Shown here: positions 60,324-64,000 of the stretch, piece by piece
Layout of the letters: each line of letters starts with the position of its first letter
Numbering within the stretch: position 1 is the stretch's first letter
DNA from: Candidatus Poribacteria bacterium
Lineage (GTDB): Bacteria; Poribacteria; WGA-4E; PCPOR2b
DNA: 64,000 bases
Reading direction: 5' to 3'
Assembly: GCA_965215015.1 (NCBI GenBank)
Contig: OZ244042.1
Span: 32,001 to 96,000, forward strand
Notes under the pieces: model-generated
Seen by the model: the letters and a program-made list of their open reading frames with translations, nothing else
Told to the model about the DNA's origin: nothing
Database searches by the model: none
Translations under genes and position numbers: made by a program

Positions 60324-60941
60324 TTAGCCGGCTGCTCCTTCTTCCAACTCCAGCTCAAATGCCTGTTTAAGCACCGAGTAAGGTTGTGCACCAACAACCA
60401 TATATTTCCCAATGATAAATGTTGGGACGCCGGTGATACCATACCCTCTTGCTTCCTGTATCTGTAAATCAACGCAGGCCCTCATCGTACGTTCAGAGAG
60501 ACATTCAGCCGCTGCCTCTCTGGCAAGCCCGACTTCCTCAGCTACCCCTAAAAGCACGGCTTCATCCCCCATGTCCCGTATTTGCTGGAAGTAAGTGTCA
60601 AATAGTGCCGCTCGGAACGCTTCGCCCTTTCCGTATTGATCGGCAAATTCACCCAACTCTAACGCAAGTCGAGAATTGGAATAAATGACATGGTCGCCGA
60701 GTTGCAAACCGGCACCTGCCGCCAACTGTTGGGCGTTTTCGGAAATCCGTTTGAGATGCGGATGGTTCTGATAAAACATTGACGATGGGATGCCGCCCGC
60801 CGGTGCTTCCGGATGAAGTTCAAAGCTCTTCCAGGCAAGCGGCGGATCGTACTCCTGTTGCAGTTGCTGTACTCGCGCTGCACCGATGTAGCAGTATGGA
60901 CAAACATAGTCTGAGTAGACTGTCACATTGATTGTTTTCAT
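60324..60941 (-). CDS. DsbA/FrnE-family thioredoxin-fold oxidoreductase
   Basis: YSDYVCPYCYIG, FELHP, GITGVPTF, GAQPY; start moved to MKTINV. Confidence 0.88.
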   Translation of the reverse strand: MKTINVTVYSDYVCPYCYIGAARVQQLQQEYDPPLAWKSFELHPEAPAGGIPSSMFYQNHPHLKRISENAQQLAAGAGLQLGDHVIYSNSRLALELGEFADQYGKGEAFRAALFDTYFQQIRDMGDEAVLLGVAEEVGLAREAAAECLSERTMRACVDLQIQEARGYGITGVPTFIIGKYMVVGAQPYSVLKQAFELELEEGAAG

Positions 60942-61057
60942 GGGAATTATTATACCATCAACGACAAAAAATTTCGATGAATATCTGGAAAGTAGAAAAT
61001 TGCAGGTGAGAAATCTTTTCGGTTGGACGCCATCCAAAGGCTTGCGGATTTCTGCTA

Positions 61058-61087
61058 TTGACAATAATTGTCCAAGAAGAATATAAT
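61058..61087 (+). promoter_or_regulatory. Putative sigma70 promoter with overlapping palindrome
   Basis: TTGACA-18 bp-TATAAT; GACAAT-A-ATTGTC overlaps the -35. Confidence 0.55.
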
Positions 61088-61451
61088 AACCCAAATTGCT
61101 AGTAATAGGCTACTCCGTATGCCGTAACCTGCACACATAGCCCCAGTTGCGTTACAATAAACCCAACCCCAAATTTTTCCGTCGGTTAAATGGCTAGATA
61201 TGAGGATATTTAGCACCATTGAAATTTTGAGCAAACCTCAAAATCCCCGGAAAGATGGGAAACGTATCTATTTTTAAATGTCAAACCATGATAAGGCCGC
61301 TCCCATGTCGGCAGCGTCGAGGAGCAAACAGCAGATGATTCACAATCGGAAAATGCCCCGCCCTGTTTGGCAATATGTGCGTTTATTCATGCAAAGCATA
61401 ATACTCTATCCACATCACGTTTTACAACCCGTCCCGATTCGCCGGGGTCTC

Positions 61452-62837
61452 ATGTTTTACATTTTGATTCTCTGTTGGTTGATCGTGGCTCCCCAAATGG
61501 GGAGGGCACAATCGAAGGCAGAGCGGCAAGCGGATATATCAATTTCTCGACGGAACGCCATTGTCAACGCGGTTGAGTACGCGAGCCCTGCGGTCGTTAA
61601 TATCAGCACAACGCGGACAGCAACACAGATGGTAAATGTATCTCCATTTTTTGATGATTTTTGGGCACCATTTTTCGACCTTCCCTTCCAAGTCCCACAA
61701 CGGCGCACTCTACACGGGCTTGGATCCGGAGTGATTTTTGACCGAAAAGGCTATGTAATCACCAATCAGCACGTTATCGCGGGGGCAGACTCGACAACGG
61801 TACTCCTTTCTGATGGGCGTGAAGCGAGTGCCGAAATCGTCGGGGAGGATTTCCTCACGGATCTTGCTGTCTTAAAAATTGATATACCAGAACTAAAAGC
61901 GGTTGAATTAGGCAATGCCGAAGATCTGATGATTGGAGAATGGGCAATTGCAATTGGACATCCCTTTGCTACTATGGTTGAGGATGCGAGTCCTACTGTC
62001 ACTGTCGGCGTAGTGAGCGCAACGGGCCGCGTCCTGAAGACAGAGGACCGGCTATACCGCAATCTTATCCAAACAGATGCATCAATTAACCCGGGCAATA
62101 GCGGCGGGGCACTGGTCAACTTATACGGACAGCTAATCGGTATCAACACGGCAATCTATTCGACGAGCGGCGGTTCACAAGGGATCGGTTTTGCCATTCC
62201 AGTTAATATCGCCCAAAAGATTGTCGATCAATTGGTTACATATGGGGCTGTTGTACCACCGGAAATTGGCATTGCCCCCCAAGATTTAACGCCGAGATTG
62301 GCGGAAGCCCTCGATTTGGAAGAGGGTATCGGCGTGTTGGTCGCGGCGGTAAAAAAGGGAACCCCGGCGGAAGCAGCAGGCCTCCGGCGTCGCGATGTCA
62401 TCGAGGCGGTAAACCAGAAACCGATATCCAATTCAGAGACATTCTTGGCAATCACTCGTCTTTTCCGTGAAAATCAGTTACTGACCGTCCGAATACTCCG
62501 CGATGGGAAACCCAGGAACCTGCGTGTGAAAATTCGAGAGCTCCAATGGAATTATGCCGTACCCGGCTGGGGTATTACAATTGAACAGTTAAATCGACAA
62601 CAGGCAGAGAAATACACGCAGCGTGGTGTCCTTGTTACAAAGGTTCAACCGAGAGGTACATTAGCGCAACAGGGATTGAAACGAGGCGATCTTATTTCCC
62701 ACATTAATAGTATCAAGGTTAATTCGCTTGAAGATTTCAAACGTATCATAAACCAGTTACAGTCCCCTCAACGGATTAGTCTTTACTTTGAGCGGAACGG
62801 TAGGCAGGGGGAATTGTCCGATTTAGTCATTCGCTGA
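61452..62837 (+). CDS. HtrA/DegP-family serine protease with two PDZ domains
   Basis: GLGSGVI, TNQHV, DLAVLK, QTDASINPGNSGGAL. Likely start is the MFYILILC signal peptide; the ORF extends upstream to 61278. Confidence 0.92.
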   Translation: MFYILILCWLIVAPQMGRAQSKAERQADISISRRNAIVNAVEYASPAVVNISTTRTATQMVNVSPFFDDFWAPFFDLPFQVPQRRTLHGLGSGVIFDRKGYVITNQHVIAGADSTTVLLSDGREASAEIVGEDFLTDLAVLKIDIPELKAVELGNAEDLMIGEWAIAIGHPFATMVEDASPTVTVGVVSATGRVLKTEDRLYRNLIQTDASINPGNSGGALVNLYGQLIGINTAIYSTSGGSQGIGFAIPVNIAQKIVDQLVTYGAVVPPEIGIAPQDLTPRLAEALDLEEGIGVLVAAVKKGTPAEAAGLRRRDVIEAVNQKPISNSETFLAITRLFRENQLLTVRILRDGKPRNLRVKIRELQWNYAVPGWGITIEQLNRQQAEKYTQRGVLVTKVQPRGTLAQQGLKRGDLISHINSIKVNSLEDFKRIINQLQSPQRISLYFERNGRQGELSDLVIR

Positions 62838-62955
62838 ACCCAGTCGAATCGCAACTTCAGCTGTTACCAGGTGTTTATAATTAGGATTTTGTCGATTTTT
62901 ATTAACAACATAACCGATTGGGATGTATCATTCTAAAGACAAGAGGTGAGGAAAC

Positions 62956-63732
62956 ATGCGTTTACAATTGCCAACAATCATATTCCTTTGTCTCTCTCTA
63001 GTTGTAGTTGTTCCACTTATCTACTATATGCAGACAGACGATCAGATGGCAGCTCGGGAAGCCATTAATTTGGAAGGACAGGAATTTAAGAGTTTGCGTG
63101 AACAAGCTGCAGTCGCTCATAACGCAAAAAGACATACCGCGGCTATCCAGATTTATCAAGAGGCACTAAAGATGCGCCCGGACAACGCCGAAGTCCATAA
63201 CGATTTGGGAGCAACCTGCTACGAATATGGACTTGACTACGCCGGACCGAATTGGCCCTCTTGGAAAACTGACTTGGCAAGCCAAACACCGGCCGAAGCT
63301 GTCCGGGAGTTGGAGACAGCAGTGGCAGAAGTCGGCTCCGGTTATATTGTCATGACATCAGATAAACCAGATGTCACTGGAGCCATCAACAAAAAAGCCC
63401 AAGAGGTTGAGGCATATATCTATATCCAACAATTCGGCGAAAATGTAACGATGAACATAGTCATCGGCAAAACCAAGGAATTATTCCTGAAAGCGCGGGA
63501 CCACTACCTTCGAGCAATTGATATCAAACCGACTTACCCTCGCCCCTACTTTAACCTCGGAGCACTGTACATGAAAATCGGTCAACATGATACCGCGGTC
63601 GATTATCTGGATAAGTCGTACCAATTGGATCCTCGAGATAAAGAACTTGAGGCATATCTCAATGAACTGAGGTCGGACAATCGTGGATACATATCAATTC
63701 CAGCCGATGCAATTCCAGCCGATGGGCGTTAG
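62956..63732 (+). CDS. Membrane-anchored TPR protein
   Basis: N-terminal transmembrane segment; TPR motifs AIQIYQEALKMRPDNAEVHNDLG and YFNLGALY...A..Y...YQLDP. Confidence 0.8.
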   Translation: MRLQLPTIIFLCLSLVVVVPLIYYMQTDDQMAAREAINLEGQEFKSLREQAAVAHNAKRHTAAIQIYQEALKMRPDNAEVHNDLGATCYEYGLDYAGPNWPSWKTDLASQTPAEAVRELETAVAEVGSGYIVMTSDKPDVTGAINKKAQEVEAYIYIQQFGENVTMNIVIGKTKELFLKARDHYLRAIDIKPTYPRPYFNLGALYMKIGQHDTAVDYLDKSYQLDPRDKELEAYLNELRSDNRGYISIPADAIPADGR

Positions 63733-64000
63733 GCAGATCTTCTTCCATGCGCTACGCTACTATCGAGTGAACTTTCTGAAGTTAGTTGGAATTGCTGCAC
63801 CCGGCACTCTGATTGGAGGATTGGCGTTTCAATCCATTTGGATCTACGGATATGCTAAGATTGTTGGACCGCAAGTGTTGGCGGCGGCATTGCCATATAC
63901 GGCGATTGTCGTTTTCCAATCTTTGATTGTGACGGCAGCTGGAACATTCGCAATTTCACAGCATCTACTCGGAAGGTCAATAAGCGTTGGCGAAGCGTAC
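63683..64000 (+). CDS. Membrane protein, 3'-truncated by the window edge
   Basis: Open frame from GTG 63683 (GAGGT RBS): ...FQPMGVRQIFFHALRYYRVNFLKLVGIAAP...ISQHLLGRSISVGEAY, with hydrophobic segments. Confidence 0.6.
   Translation, partial: MDTYQFQPMQFQPMGVRQIFFHALRYYRVNFLKLVGIAAPGTLIGGLAFQSIWIYGYAKIVGPQVLAAALPYTAIVVFQSLIVTAAGTFAISQHLLGRSISVGEAY

Overview
Bacterial chromosomal window of about 50% GC by eye. The gene content suggests a Candidatus Poribacteria-like organism (inference): many Gfo/Idh/MocA oxidoreductases, sulfatases, enolase-superfamily dehydratases, a PhyH dioxygenase, and large secreted proteins ending in an 'NYPNPFNPETWIPYQL' domain. Housekeeping genes are dnaJ, nth, trpA, gltX, glnS and an HtrA/DegP protease. 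There is a DtxR/MntR-regulated TroABCD-like metal ABC operon interrupted by a secreted metallopeptidase gene. A Cre-like tyrosine recombinase lies divergent from a 1423-aa di-heme/LRR/cohesin/dockerin protein. The non-coding DNA is the most unusual part. It is built from a small kit of reusable modules (GTAG-led REP-like hairpins, a CCCCCGCTTGCGGGGGG palindrome, 13-bp terminal inverted repeats), and these are amplified into a 254-bp-period tandem array at 55.7-57.3 kb. An internally deleted IscB/omegaRNA-type (IS200/IS605) element sits between the mntR promoter/operator and mntR, with its remnant in frame with mntR. An OSGIN/OKL38-like flavoprotein is split by a G7 tract, and two pseudogene remnants are present. 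No rRNA, tRNA or CRISPR array was recognised. All homology calls are from motif recognition by eye, not database searches.
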